64,000 nt of DNA from contig NC_058130.1 in assembly GCF_016433145.1 (NCBI RefSeq), positions 245,669,658 through 245,733,657 of the forward strand, written 5' to 3'. Both the position numbers and the translations under genes were made by a program. Shown here piece by piece: positions 1-12,350 of this stretch; the stretch's first letter is position 1; the number at the start of each line of letters is the position of its first letter. The notes under the pieces are model-generated. The model was given only the letters and a program-made list of their open reading frames with translations. It did not search any database and was not told the DNA's origin. Origin of the DNA: Gracilinanus agilis. Taxonomy: Eukaryota.

Positions 1-1
1 A

Positions 2-41
<40 letters not shown>

Positions 42-43
42 AA
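1..43. repeat. (AAAG)n tetranucleotide microsatellite, truncated by the window edge
   Basis: Perfect AAAG repeats from base 1 to ~43. Confidence 0.97.
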
Positions 44-1019
44 CTAGATCTGGAAAAGGTCCAGTTCAAAATTTTTTTCTATTTTTAACTTAGGAAATGC
101 AGGAAGTTGTAATTAGCACAGCCAAAATTTGAATCCAAGTTTTTTGACTCAAAATTAATTCCTTTCAAATTATACCCAAGAATTATCCAATCTTTTTATG
201 TTAAAAATTAGAATAATAATGTCTTGAAAGATAACACCTTTTGGGTAACTGGGTGGGGAAGGGATGCAGTGAATGAAGGTAGGAGAAAGCTAGAGAGAGG
301 AACAGGAGCAATGAATCTTCAAAGTGGTTATTGGGCAGTGGATAAAGTTGATAGTCTGAGCCAAGAACAACTTGATCAACTTTGAGCTCATGGTAACAGT
401 CCAACAAAGAATTGGAGGCTTCTTAGGGCAGGAAACAGAAACTTAGTGGGTTGACCCCAAAAAGAGTTCAGGTTTGGTTTTGAAACCAGAAGAAATGTCA
501 TTTGCTTCCTGTAATCAAAAGGAGAGAGTTTTAGGAAAAGATAACACCTGTGGCAGCCAAGATCATATTCTAATTATCAAAGATAATGTCATATTAAGAC
601 GCATACCAGGATGTTAGCTTAGATGAAAAACAACTTAATCAAGAAGTCACACCAGCCTTAACAACTAGATAGTAAAGACTCTTCAGGCAAGCTAAAAAGA
701 ACAGAAAGAAAAAGATCAAAAGGCAAAGTTGGAATGAACAGAGACCTGAAACCAGAAACTTTAAGGAAGAATAAGACAAAAAAAAAGGCTGGGTTGGTTT
801 GAAATCCATAGCAATATTATATGGGAATAAATAAAAAAGCATGTTCCTCATTCAGGGTACCCTGAGGCAATAGGAAACCAACACAGCAGAAGGAGGTCCA
901 ACAGTATGATCTTGGAACCTATATCCAGACGGTAACTAACTAGGAAGAAGATTCTGGATGGTCTCAACTAGTTCATTAAAATAGAAGGCAGTATCAAATT
1001 GTCTGCAATAAAGAAATTC

Positions 1020-1420
1020 CCTTTCTCACTTCTCCCTCTCCAGTCCTTTGCAAACATTTCTCTACCCCTATCACTACCAAAATTGCTCTCTGCAAGGTCA
1101 CTAATGCCTTCTTATTCACCAAATTGAATTGCATATTTTTAGTCCTCATTTTCCTCGATCTCTCTGTACTTTTTTACAATATTAATCATGTCCTCTCTCC
1201 TTCTTGACTTTAAAGATGCTACCTCTCTTCCTCCTTTCTTGCTTCTCTGATCACTCTTTCCCCTCATTGGCTTCTTATCATCTTCCCAACAAGTTGGTTG
1301 CTCTCCAAAGATGTATCCAAAGCTCTCGTCTAGTCTCCCTGCAATCTCTTTTGGCAATTTCACTTACATCCAGAGCTTCAAATCTGACCCATCTGTGGTC
1401 ACCTACATAGTGACTCCCAA
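1020..1420 (+). mobile_element. L2 LINE fragment (RT region), old
   Basis: Pyrimidine-rich segment with L2-type text 'aaattgctctctgcaaggtcactaatgcc...tcctcattttcctcgatctctctg', resembling the recalled L2 RT region. Confidence 0.7.
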
Positions 1421-1579
1421 ATCAGTAGCTTAAGTTTCTACTAGAAATTTAGTAACCAGAAAATATCTCCTTAAGAAAAATGTAATTTTTCTTTAGTCTA
1501 CAACCAAGGATAGAAGCCATCATTCCTAGCTAAGGGCAGCCAACAAAAGTCATCTAGAATGTCACAGCTTGAATTAAGA

Positions 1580-1780
1580 GGGTAAGCCTTGGAGTTATGA
1601 AGACCTGAGTTCAAGTTCTGTTTCTTATGTATACTAGTTGTGTGACCATGAGAGAGTCATTTAATCTCTCGGTGCCCAAGGCAAATTTCTAAAACTATAA
1701 GTTAGAGAGTGGATGATATGCAGTGGTGGAGATAGTTCACATACTATGAGCTCCCTCTGTCAATGAAAGCATAGATCCAT
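1580..1780 (+). mobile_element. MIR-family core SINE
   Basis: Core-SINE text 'gaagacctgagttcaagttct...ctagttgtgtgaccatg...agtcatttaatctctc'. Confidence 0.7.
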
Positions 1781-2212
1781 AACACTACCTACTGCAAAAC
1801 AAAATTCACTTGTGCCCCTCCAAACTATTTTATACATCTGAATGTAACCCTAAAAAATTGTCAGCAATGACCTTTGTCACAAAAGTTGCTATGTGTAGGG
1901 GGATGGGAGGAGGGAGTAAGGGGGTAACTGTATTTGCACTATCATAACCTATAGAGCAAGTGACCTTAAAATATAGTAAGGGAAAAATCTGATGTACAAG
2001 CAAATGAAAGAATTGGAGAATCCATGATTTCAATATATAGTCTGTGACGTGAGTTTAGAAAGGGGATGTAAGGATTAAATTAGGGGTTTTGACAAAATAA
2101 GAGAGCAGATTTTAATCATTTAAGTTTTAATGAGAAACAAAGTGAGGAGAGCAATTTAATAAAAAACTTTAAGAAGTGCAGATAAAAAAAGAGGAAAGAG
2201 AGAGTACTAAGC

Positions 2213-2821
2213 TGTTACCCTGTAAATATACCTAAAGTTCCTAATACTACCTCTAGCTATCTTCTGAGGACAGTTTCTTCTGCCTGGCAAAACCTAGGCC
2301 TAATCTAACCTACTCTATCTATAAATGATTCACTAACTACCTAACACCCTAAAATAATGGATAGCCACCACTCACTCACTCTTTCAATCAGTTTTCTATA
2401 GCAGCCCAACTGTCAGTAGCCAATTGACAGCAGATCCTTGCCTCAGAGACAGACCTCCTGATCTCTAGAGATCCAAGAGGTAAAAAGCCCTTTAAAGGCT
2501 AAAGCCAAAAGCCCTCTCAGTAAGCTCAGGCTCGCCTTTATATTCCAGCAACTCAATGCCAATCAACACAACCAGCAATCAACCCCCAATGACCAATTCA
2601 CACCCAGCAGCCAACTTCCCCGAAACTGCCAGCCGTCACTCTCAGCAACTGACTCAACAACTGTCGGCAACTGACAGCCTGCAACTGATGTTTGCTCAGT
2701 AGGGGGGCTCCCCCTTCCTACTTCCTGTCACTGTGGGTTGGTTAATCCCTATATATCTCTATAGTAAGAGGACCTCTAGGTTCCCCATTAAATTAAAGAA
2801 ATTAAAGAATTCCTTTTTACA
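2213..2821 (-). mobile_element. Solo ERV LTR
   Basis: Bounded by TGTTA at 2213 and TTTACA at 2821. The minus strand carries a TATA-like 'gaatataaaggc'. Short internal repeats (caactgac). No clear TSD. Confidence 0.7.
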
Positions 2822-3299
2822 GGGTCAAAAGATATCAAGCCTGTAAAAGAACCTTCTAAGTACAATTCTCTTTTATAGCTTCATAAGTACTGTTTGCCAG
2901 GGATGCTGACCATCTGTACCCAAGCCCAGGAGCTTTTTGCCCATATTTGGCCCACCCTTTAAAAAACAAACAAACAAACAATATGTGTCATTCCCACAAA
3001 ACAAACAAATTATCTTTTGTAAGATCACACATTTGATTAGAAATTCTATTGGTCTAAAATAAGAGAATCCTTTTTTTCATAGTTATAGAATATTTCTATA
3101 AGTTTTTCATAATTTTCCCACTAGATCTGAGAAAAAGAAAAAGGCATTAAGGTGAACTGGTATGATAAAGAGTATAGGTCCTTATAAGCCCTGAATTTCT
3201 AGAAATCAAGACTTGATACATCATATATGTATGTACATATGTGTATGTACATCCATATATTGAAATCTAAATTTTAATTTGAGCAGCCATAAAAGTCAA

Positions 3300-4385
3300 C
3301 ACAAACTCATTCATCAGAAGTCCAAAAGAAATACCTAAAACAACTATCAAGTTCTCCCTGAGTCTTTTCTTCTTCACACTAAATATCCTTATTCTTATAT
3401 GATGTGGACTTAAGGTCTTTCAACATCCTGGTTGTCCTCCTCTGTACACTCTACAGCTTATCAATGTCCTTAAACTGTGGCACCCAAAATTGCACACAAT
3501 ATTCCAGATGAAGTCTAATGAGAGCAAAGTACAATGGAATGATTGCTGCTTTATTCAAAGAAGCTATGCCTCTCTCAATGCATCCCAAGATCACATTAAC
3601 TTTTTTTGGCTATAACAACATACTCCTGGATCATATTAAGCTTATACTCCACTAAAACACGTGAATATTTTTTTTCAGACAAACTACTATCTAACCATGT
3701 TTACTGAATTATAATAAGAGAGAGACTGAATTATGGTAGGTGCTTAACAAATACTTTTTTATTTTTGCTGAAATTTATTTTTTTGGTACCCAAATATACA
3801 ATGAAAATAAGAGTTTAGAGAAGGGCAAATGTCCTAAATTTTACAACTATAGGCAACAAATTTAACTTCTAACCCTGGGAAAATTCTAGATTATATCACT
3901 AAGAGAAGATTGGTAAATATCCAAAAGAAAAATAATTATTACAAAGAATCCCCATGGTTTTATCAGAAATAGGTCATGTCAACTAGCTTTTCTGACAAGA
4001 TGATGAAACTAGTAGTGGATTGGAATGCTCTAAATATAGTTTATCTAGATTTTGGTAAAGCATCTCATACCATTATTCAAGTTGATAATACAAATACATG
4101 AAATGAAAGCTGGTTGGATGGCTAGAATCAAGGAGTGCTTGAGAGTGGTTCAGTGTCAATGATGCCAGATATCTCTAGTGGAGTATGCCAAGGATATGTG
4201 TTTGGCCTAAAATGCCTAAGAGTTTTAATAGTGCTTTGCTTAAAGGCAAATCATATTTTCAGGTGACACAAAACTGAGAGAGAGGTAATATAATAGGTGG
4301 TAGAATTAGGATTCCAAAGATCCTGAAACATTTGAATATTGAATCAAATAAACTACTAAGAAGAAATTTATAAGGATAACCATTT
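3300..4385. mobile_element. L3/CR1 LINE remnant in two opposite-orientation halves
   Basis: + strand ~3805-4385 gives the CR1 RT peptides HGFIRNRSCQ (from 3953), IVYLDFGK and GDTKL (4262). - strand ~3800-3300 gives HLEYCVQFWVPQF, from the CR1 C-terminal RT region. Confidence 0.85.
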
Positions 4386-4449
4386 CTCCCAGTGTAGCTA
4401 AATCCATTCATCTTATTAGAGCTGCTCTCTCTCTCTGATTTGAATATTC

Positions 4450-6130
4450 TGACCATATTTTTCTCAGAAAAGAAATTTGATAGAGTCTCTTCTTTCTATT
4501 TTTAGAATGACTTTTGTAGCATAAATTTAAATTGCTCTTTGAGTGTTCAGTAGAATGTCTTTGTAAATCCATCTGACCTGGGTTGTTGGGAAGGTTTTTA
4601 TTTATTTGTAATTCATTTATTGTTCATTCAACTTATTTTTCTGATATTAATATTAATAATATTATTTTAACATATTTACAATTGCTATAGTTTATTGACT
4701 CAATAGTCAGAATATCATTACTCAATTTCCATCTAGATCTGTGCCTTTGCTCATATTTTCCTTATTCATCACTATTTTCAGATATTGTGGCTTGCACATG
4801 ATGTGCCTATTATTTCTACCTTTGTACGTTTGTCTAGGATTTCTTTATATCCCAAAATATGATAAGTTTTGTGAATGGAATGCTGAGAATTAAGCTTATT
4901 TTTAATACTGACATTCAGAAGGCACCATTTTTCTAATTAATTAATTTTATTAATTAAATTAATTAAAACTGATTAATTAAAAATTTATCTAATTTTGATT
5001 AATAACAATTTGATTATCAACAATTGGTTTATATCTCTACATTTTCCTTTTTATTTATATCTCTTAGATTCATTCAGACCTGAGAGAAATATTAAAATCT
5101 CCATCTATTATAGTGTTATTATCAATACTGAACTTTTTAAAAGAACTTAGCCTCATAAAAAAAAAACAAAAATAAAATCAGTAGCAAACAGACAAAGCAA
5201 TACAATTTTTTAAAAAAATAAATTGGCAGCTGGGTAGCTCAGTGGATTGAGAGCCAGGCCTAGAGACGGGAGGTCCTCGGTTCAAATCTGGCCTCAGACA
5301 CTTCCCAGTTGTGTGACCCTGGGCAAGTCACTTGACCCCCATTGCTTACCCTTACCACTCTTCTGCCTTGGAGCCAATACACAATATTGACTCCAAAGCA
5401 GAAGGTAAGGGTTTAAAAAAAAATAAGTGACTTTCTTGGATATTTGATTATAGAAACAAGTTATACATGTTGCAGATTCATGGTTCATGTGTACTGTTTT
5501 TCTACTGTTCTTGTTATATATGGAAGTGCTCATTTTATTTGGCATTTGATAAATTCAATATTTTAAAAATAATAACTTAGCATCTATGCCATTTAGTCTA
5601 CATATACTTAATATTGTTATTCCTAAAACCATCTCTAGACTCAGGAAGATCAAAGTTCAAATTTCACCTCTGATACATACTAATTGTATAAACTTAGGAA
5701 AGTCACTTAACTTTATCATGTCCAGGTAATAGTTAGTGTAAGACTATAAATTATGGAGCAGTTTCTTATCAGCATTAGTAGAGAGAATTTCCTCAATGAA
5801 AGTTCCTTATATCTATAAGACCAAAGGTCTATTCCCATCCCTGTTCTATGGTACATTTAAGAATTATGTAATTTCCATGTTTGTCTCTCTTGACTTTATT
5901 ATCCTTTATTACTGATTAATCAGAAATCATTACTGAAACTTCTGCTTTCTTGAAGTTAAATGAAGCTTATACATATTATTTCAATCTCTCATTTCACTTT
6001 GAATCTGTCTCTATTCAAAATGTGTTTACTGTATGTTGTACTTTCCCCCTTCCCCACTCCATTCTTGCTCTTTTTATTGGGTAATTTGTCTATTAACATT
6101 TTAGGTTACAATTCTTGTTTGTGTGTTTTT
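4450..6130 (-). mobile_element. Old L1 ORF2 remnants, interrupted by SINEs
   Basis: Antisense-L1 text 'ttgctctttgagtgttcagtagaatgtctttgtaaatccatctgacctgg' and 'ttaaaatctccatctattatagtgttatt'. Confidence 0.65.
5225..5423 (+). mobile_element. SINE1_Mdo-like tRNA-derived SINE
   Basis: Pol III A box (tagctcagtgg) and B box (ggttcaaatc), core domain, 3' 'gaaggtaagggtttaaaaaaaa'. Confidence 0.92.
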
Positions 6131-6214
6131 TCATGAAATACATATAAGAAAATATATTATTTTAATTTAATATAAAATCTATGTATTATATAATACATAC
6201 ATCTATGGGGTATA

Positions 6215-6670
6215 CAGGTTATTCAGGGAAGACTAGCACCTCTGTGTGAGGGATTGCTGAACCCTTTTCAGGGCTATTCATCCTCCGCTGGTGTCCACCT
6301 GCCACCCGACTCTCACTTGTATCTCTAAGATGTTGTAGCACGTGCAGCAGCCACATCCTGGTAAACCATCTCAGTAGATAGGTTAAACCAGCTTGAAGGT
6401 AAGCGCTAGATCTCAAACCCCAATCGTGAGTTAGGAAGATGTTCACGCCACGCACGCGAAGGCTTTCTTTCTAGGAAGGGATGGATGAGAACAATTCGTT
6501 CTAAAGGCCTTGGAGGCAGCTGAAGCAAGTGTTGCAAAGCTCTTAGATCTTTGTTAGACATCAAAGAAGCCCAGGTCATACACCGCATCCCAAGCCGTCA
6601 TCAGTCATCTTGACTTTTGTCTTGGACTTGAATGATTCTAGAGGAGAGAGTGAGGCTGACAACTTTGTGC
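6215..6670 (-). mobile_element. RTE LINE / RTE-derived SINE 5' region
   Basis: 'catcttgacttttgtcttgg...gaggagagagtgaggctgacaactttg' and 'ttattcagggaagactagcacc' match my recollection of the marsupial RTE 5' region. Homologous to 25180-25440 on the opposite strand. Confidence 0.75.
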
Positions 6671-6885
6671 ACCATATACATTATATACTGAAAAAAGAAA
6701 TATGGGGATAGGGGAATATCTGGGTGCCAGACAAACTGGGACACTCCCACACCTCACAAGGGGAAGGACAAACAGATAAACACAGAATAACCAAATAGGG
6801 ATGTGAGGACTGAGGAATGGCAGTTTGTCAGTTAAACAGACAACCTATCAGCCAGGGAATGCCAATGATGAAATTAACTCCAAGT

Positions 6886-7453
6886 TGTGGGATCTTTATG
6901 GCTGAGAGGAATCAGGAAGTACAAATAAAACTGGTTTATTGAAGATAAATAAGGGAAGTGGGTGAGAAGGGTTTACTAACACTAGAAATGGCCCAAGTGC
7001 CTCTACTAAACTAAGGACAGCGCTAACTAAAAATTGGAGAGGGCTGGAGAGGTGGGATTCTCACTACACTTGTCCACGGTGCTCCAGGGTGTCACAGGAA
7101 ACAGGATCAAGTTCTTATACAGCCAGTTAATCCACAAAAGCTCTAGGGAGTAAAGGCAGATAAAGCTGCTGTCCACCAGCAGATGACCAGGACCTTTCCT
7201 CCACCTAGGCCAAGATAGTTGCTAGACGGTGTCTCCTTCTCAGTGAAATCCCACTCTTTTTAGCTCCTTGGTTACTGGCAAAGCTGGACCACACAGCCAC
7301 AACCTCCTTCCTTCAGCTTGGCCAAAACCACTCTCCTCTTTCAAAACCTGGCTTCATTCCATGAATATCCATGCAGTTCAAGATTTCTTCAAGCTTTCAT
7401 CTATACTGTCTTATCTTAAGTCTTATACCTATACTATAATTTCCCCATAACAA
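6886..7453 (-). mobile_element. ERV LTR, possibly with adjacent leader sequence down to ~6690
   Basis: Minus strand starts TGTTATGGGG and ends ...CCCACA. Poly(A) signal seen as TTTATT at ~6935 on the + strand. Confidence 0.6.
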
Positions 7454-8000
7454 TATGCATGCATTTACACACATTTTCCTTATCTTTTTTTGCTTTGTTT
7501 TGTTTATTCTACCAGTCTCCTCCCATTAGACCTGAGAAAGCTAAGTGATGCAGTGGATGGAGAACTGGGCCTTGAGAAATAAGGACCCAAGTTCAAAAAT
7601 GACTTTGCACACACATTTGCATCTGCCACTAGATAAGTCACTTAACTGCTTTCTGCTTCAGTTTCCTAGGAAGGAAGGAAACAGACATTCGTTAAGTGTT
7701 ATACTGTGCTAAGCACTTTATAGATATGATGTCACTTAGTCCTCACAACAACCATAGAAGATAGGTGCTATCTGAATCCCATTTTACATATGAAGAAAAC
7801 TCAAGCAGACAAAGGGCAAGGGATTTACCCAGTGTTATATAATAATTGTCTAAAGCTAGACTTGAATTCAAGGTCCAGAGCTCTACCTATGGGGATAATA
7901 ACAGCACCTACCTCACAGCGTTATTGTGAGGGTGTAAACACTGCACAGGAAAGCTCTTAGCACAGAGCCTATTATATAATAGGCATTTAATAAAGGCTGG

Positions 8001-8003
<3 letters not shown>

Positions 8004-8057
<54 letters not shown>
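8004..8057. repeat. (CA)n microsatellite, ~27 units
   Basis: Perfect AC run. Confidence 0.97.
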
Positions 8058-8059
<2 letters not shown>

Positions 8060-8499
8060 CTCTGTCTGATCCTAATTTCCCAAGTTTACTTTTAGTGTTA
8101 CTCTCTGTCTGTCTCTTTGTCTCTGTCTCTCCTATTTATTTTATTCTTCTTATTGCTAGCTCAGAGAGCAGTAGATAGAATACTTAATCTTTCCCACCCA
8201 CCATTGCTACTTCTTTTTACTTTTTAATGGCATTAATTTGTAATGATCCTTTCCAAGATGCATTGTTTTCATTTCATCTCCTTTTTTATTCCTTTTCCTT
8301 ACATGACATTCTAGAATCTTTTCTCAATAATGTCAATTCTCAACAGAGGCAACAGAATATGGTGGAAAGTGTTTTGTAACCCTAGTCCAATCAATTCTAT
8401 CTTTAATTTTATTGTTTATTCATTATGATGTCCTGCCATCTTTCCTTTGAACTTAAGACATTCTTGTCCAGCATTTTTTGATCTAGGCTCTTTCCTACA

Positions 8500-11060
8500 A
8501 TGGAGTCTCAGTCACTTCCTCTCTGCTTCTGGAATTCTATACCGTGATACCCAACGTGCACAAAGCTGAATGATCTGAAGGGTCCATCTATTCAACAACA
8601 AGAGTTTATTGAAAGACTTTGTTTTAAGGACAGAGTTGCAAGAGTGGAGCTCTTGGAATGTTTGTAGCAGAGATGAGTGACAGAGCAAAGGTTGAGCGTA
8701 GGAGCAAAGGATTATGGGAAGGGAAGAACCCTGAGGGGAGGTCTTTATTCTGGGATCTCTGAGGGGAGAGGAAGGACTCTTGGGTACCTCAAGATCTAGA
8801 GAAGGCCTCAAAAGGATTTCCTAGAGACAGTTGGACACCTCGAAATCTGTGCTGTTATTGAATCAAGGAAGAGTTCCAGGATACGCCAACCAAGAGGTCT
8901 CACAGGCTGCCTGCCTTACAACAGGGACCCCTGATATCAATATCAATCTGCATTTAGCTTAGGGATAAGATATAGGGAAGGGAAGGTGAATTCCCAGTCT
9001 GCCGTTTGGCCTGACTAGGGAAGAAGGACCTTGGTTAGGATTAGATCAGGGACCCCCTTATTACCATTGCCCTTCCCCCATCTCCTACAATATTAACAAC
9101 AACAATAATAAACTTTGGAAAGCAATCAGATAAAGAGATTCTTGAGAAAGGGACACAGAGGAAACAAGAGGGAGTGGGAAGGGCTGCCAGCTTAGGCCTT
9201 GGCTCCAACCGCCAAGCCCTACTGCTATGCAGCTTGGACCTGGCAAGGTGGTCTGACTAAAAGGGGGTTCTTTAGGCTGCCAAGCCTGGGGACTATCATC
9301 ATTATCCCCAAGAAGAAACCCTTACCAAGCCATCGTCACTTGCCCATTCTCTGTAAATGCACCTTAATCCAGAAAAATACCTCATACCCTCTCAGTAAAG
9401 TTGGTAGGACAGGGCGGCCCAGACAGACTTAATCATTCAAGTCTGTCATCCCACTAACATCCCAGGGACCTCTCAAAATATATCAATCTTACACCCCTCA
9501 CATCTCAGTGAGACAACTTTAAAAGTCACTACATTGTGTGAGTGTAAGGCCCCCTACCCCCTTTTATGATTATAATAGTATTAGCCTTTATGATTATTTT
9601 AATAACAATCATTGGTTTTGAGTTAAAAGTAAAATAATATAGTTTGCTAAGAAAATAGGGTGGTATCAAATCTTGCTGACAGGCAATTTGACCTTAAGCC
9701 TGTAACCCAAAAGTTTCTACCAAGCCCATCACATCCTGCTGCACATAAACATAAGACAGTCAGTAAGGAGGCAGAGGGCTGCTTTGGGGTATAGATTCAA
9801 GACAGTCAGAAGGGAGGTAGAAGGCTGCTCTTCAGTGCAAATATCAGTCATCCAACTATTGAATCTTAGCATTTCATAATAATTGTCAGCAGAAAACAAT
9901 TAGACCTTATTGCAGAGGCCTTAAAAAGGTCAATCATAATTATAGACACTGGCTACCACCATAGTGATTATTTTTGTACTTTCCAGCTTATTTAGTACTT
10001 GCATCATGGGTTAGGATCTGCCTGTGTGAAAGATTTATACATCCATTCAATTTTAATTTTGACTATTATTTTGTCCCTATGTCATAAGATTTCTTTGCAT
10101 AAAAAAAAAAATCTCAATCTCCTAAGGGTTGGAGTCTCTGGTTTGATCTTAACCAGAGCCGGCTTTATTGTGAGACTGGCCTCCTCTCAATAAACCTATC
10201 ATTTAGATAGAGACTGAATTGGTGTGATAAATTTTGTTATATTGAATCTCTGGGAGCTAGGAGTTCACACTGTGATTGACAGGTGGGTCAGTTGGATGTT
10301 GGAATGTTCCCAGAGAGGCATGCAGACAGGAGAGGGCAGTTGGCCCGGGGGTGGGGGGGAGGAGTATAAAACCACCCTGGTAGCCCTGGCAGGGGTTCTT
10401 GGTTCTTACTTTTCCCTGAGACTTGAAATCAGTGGATCCTGATCTTTGTGGGATTGAGACTTGCAAACTCAACCCTGCAAGCTCCTCCTGTTTGTTCCTG
10501 TGCCATCAACAACCTGTACCCAGACCTCCATCTTTGATTCTACTGCCCCGAGAAATTAGGAAATCCATCATCTTAGTTATCTAGGTTTCCCAGGGCCCTG
10601 GAGGGATCCGGGAAGTGGGCAGGAGAAGAAGAAGAGGGTGGAAAGGGGTGGATATCTCAAACTGGTTAGGCTTATCTTAGTGAAGAAGAAGCTGAAAGAT
10701 TACACAGCAGTTTGCCTACTCTGGTTGTCTCTGGCCAAGCTGTACCAGAGAGAAGCTATCATTTTAATTCATTCACTTGCCTACAGTTTAGAGATTCATT
10801 AGTATCATTTTAAATTAGGGTCTCCCAATACCTCCATCCAAACCCATTATCCTCCTTTGTTAAATACAACCAAAGTTTAAAGTACCTTCCTGAAGTGGTT
10901 ATTCAAAGCTTCTTTGGAAAGGGAGAGACGCAGTCAGATTCCAACCCAGCTAAAAGTTACCCAGCTAAAGAGCCCATTAAATAATATCAATTAACCCCAG
11001 GTGGGTCCTGAAGGAATATCATCCATTGACCTAAAGGATCCTGCCTGGGCAACTGTTATA
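8500..11060. mobile_element. Cluster of adjacent or nested LTR/ERV pieces
   Basis: Minus LTR ending '...cctaca' at ~9088 with TTTATT at ~8604. Plus LTR starting 'tgtaaggcc' at ~9543 with AATAAA at ~10190. Further TATA 'ggagtataaaacc' at ~10365. Boundaries unresolved. Confidence 0.55.
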
Positions 11061-11099
11061 AAGGAGAGAGGTGTCATCCTATCCTCTTTCTGTACTCCA

Positions 11100-12350
11100 T
11101 CCACATCTACATCTAATAGATAGGAGTAGTAGTGTCTTTAATTATAACAATTTTCACCACAGTTGTTGCTATATGTACATAGATCTCACTCCTTCTGCAA
11201 TCTGGTCTCCAATATTCTTTCTTTAATTACCTATCGCACCAAAATTAGGAGAAAATTAGAAGCTTCTTATTCATCCTTCCTCTCAAGTTTTAACCATTAT
11301 TTTTCTGTAGCCATTGTCACATCATCTCTTCTTTTCATATGAAAGTTGTTCCTTTAATATAAATCTCCTGCCAATAATGTTGAGGGAATGTATAATATGA
11401 TATATATTATAAGTATGTAAGATATAATAGTAATGAGGGAATGATACTTTTAATCTGAAATATTAGGTCATTTCTTCTAGATAATCTACTGATTTTTCTC
11501 ATTATATCTTTTACTCCCAAAACTCTTTAGCCCATTAATGGATGCTCTCTTGGTCTTCTCAATGTCTTTTTAAAGTATAATGTTTTTTAAAAAGAAAAAA
11601 GACTCACCCCAACAACCCATTTTTCAGTCACACAAAAATTTCATAGCCTTTCAGTGCTATCTGAAATTATTTAACTTTCTTCTACTTTTTTAACCTGAAT
11701 GTCTTTTTGAAGGAATGATTGAAATTCTTGGCATCCTATCATAAAGTTTAGGGCATTAAAATTTTTAGATTTCTTATATCTTTTGATACTGTCTTCTTTT
11801 TCATTAATTTTTCTCCTGCTTATGCATGTTTGCATTACAGTTTTCTGTCTGAAGAAAAACTATTATAGAGTGTGTCTCTGTTGTCAAATATTCTCCAGGT
11901 TTTTGTCATTCTAACTGATTTCTTCCATAAGCACTCTAATTTCTGTTCTTTTTTTGTTGCTGTTCTTGTAAACCATTCCATAGAGGCTAGGAATTACTAT
12001 GTTAACATGTCTAGGCAACTTGAAGAATCTACTGTAAGAACATCTTCACCTTCCTTTTAGGGATATTGGTTTAATTTCCTTTGTCCCCAGGTACTTGTTC
12101 TTTGAGATGGCGTTTTTCTAATAACATTCATTCACTGTTTAGAAGATTCTTATCTGTCTATTATCAATAACTCTATTGATTTCCTTGCTGTCTTTGCTAT
12201 AAATATGCCTCTTATGAACAATCCTTCTCCACCTTCTGTAGGACCATCACTGTTATGACTCTCTCAGCCCTTAATGCCTGTTTTCTGTTCTCTCAAAACT
12301 CTGGGATAGGAGGACATTTGTGGCCTTCATGAGATGAGAATCTCCACTAG
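11100..12350 (-). mobile_element. Degraded L1/HAL1 ORF1-region remnant
   Basis: T-rich antisense-L1 composition with weak ORF1-like phrasing. Family not resolvable by eye. Confidence 0.4.

Noticed and set aside
5225-5300. tRNA genes at the SINE heads
   Set aside because: The A and B boxes are followed by SINE core and tail, with no cloverleaf.
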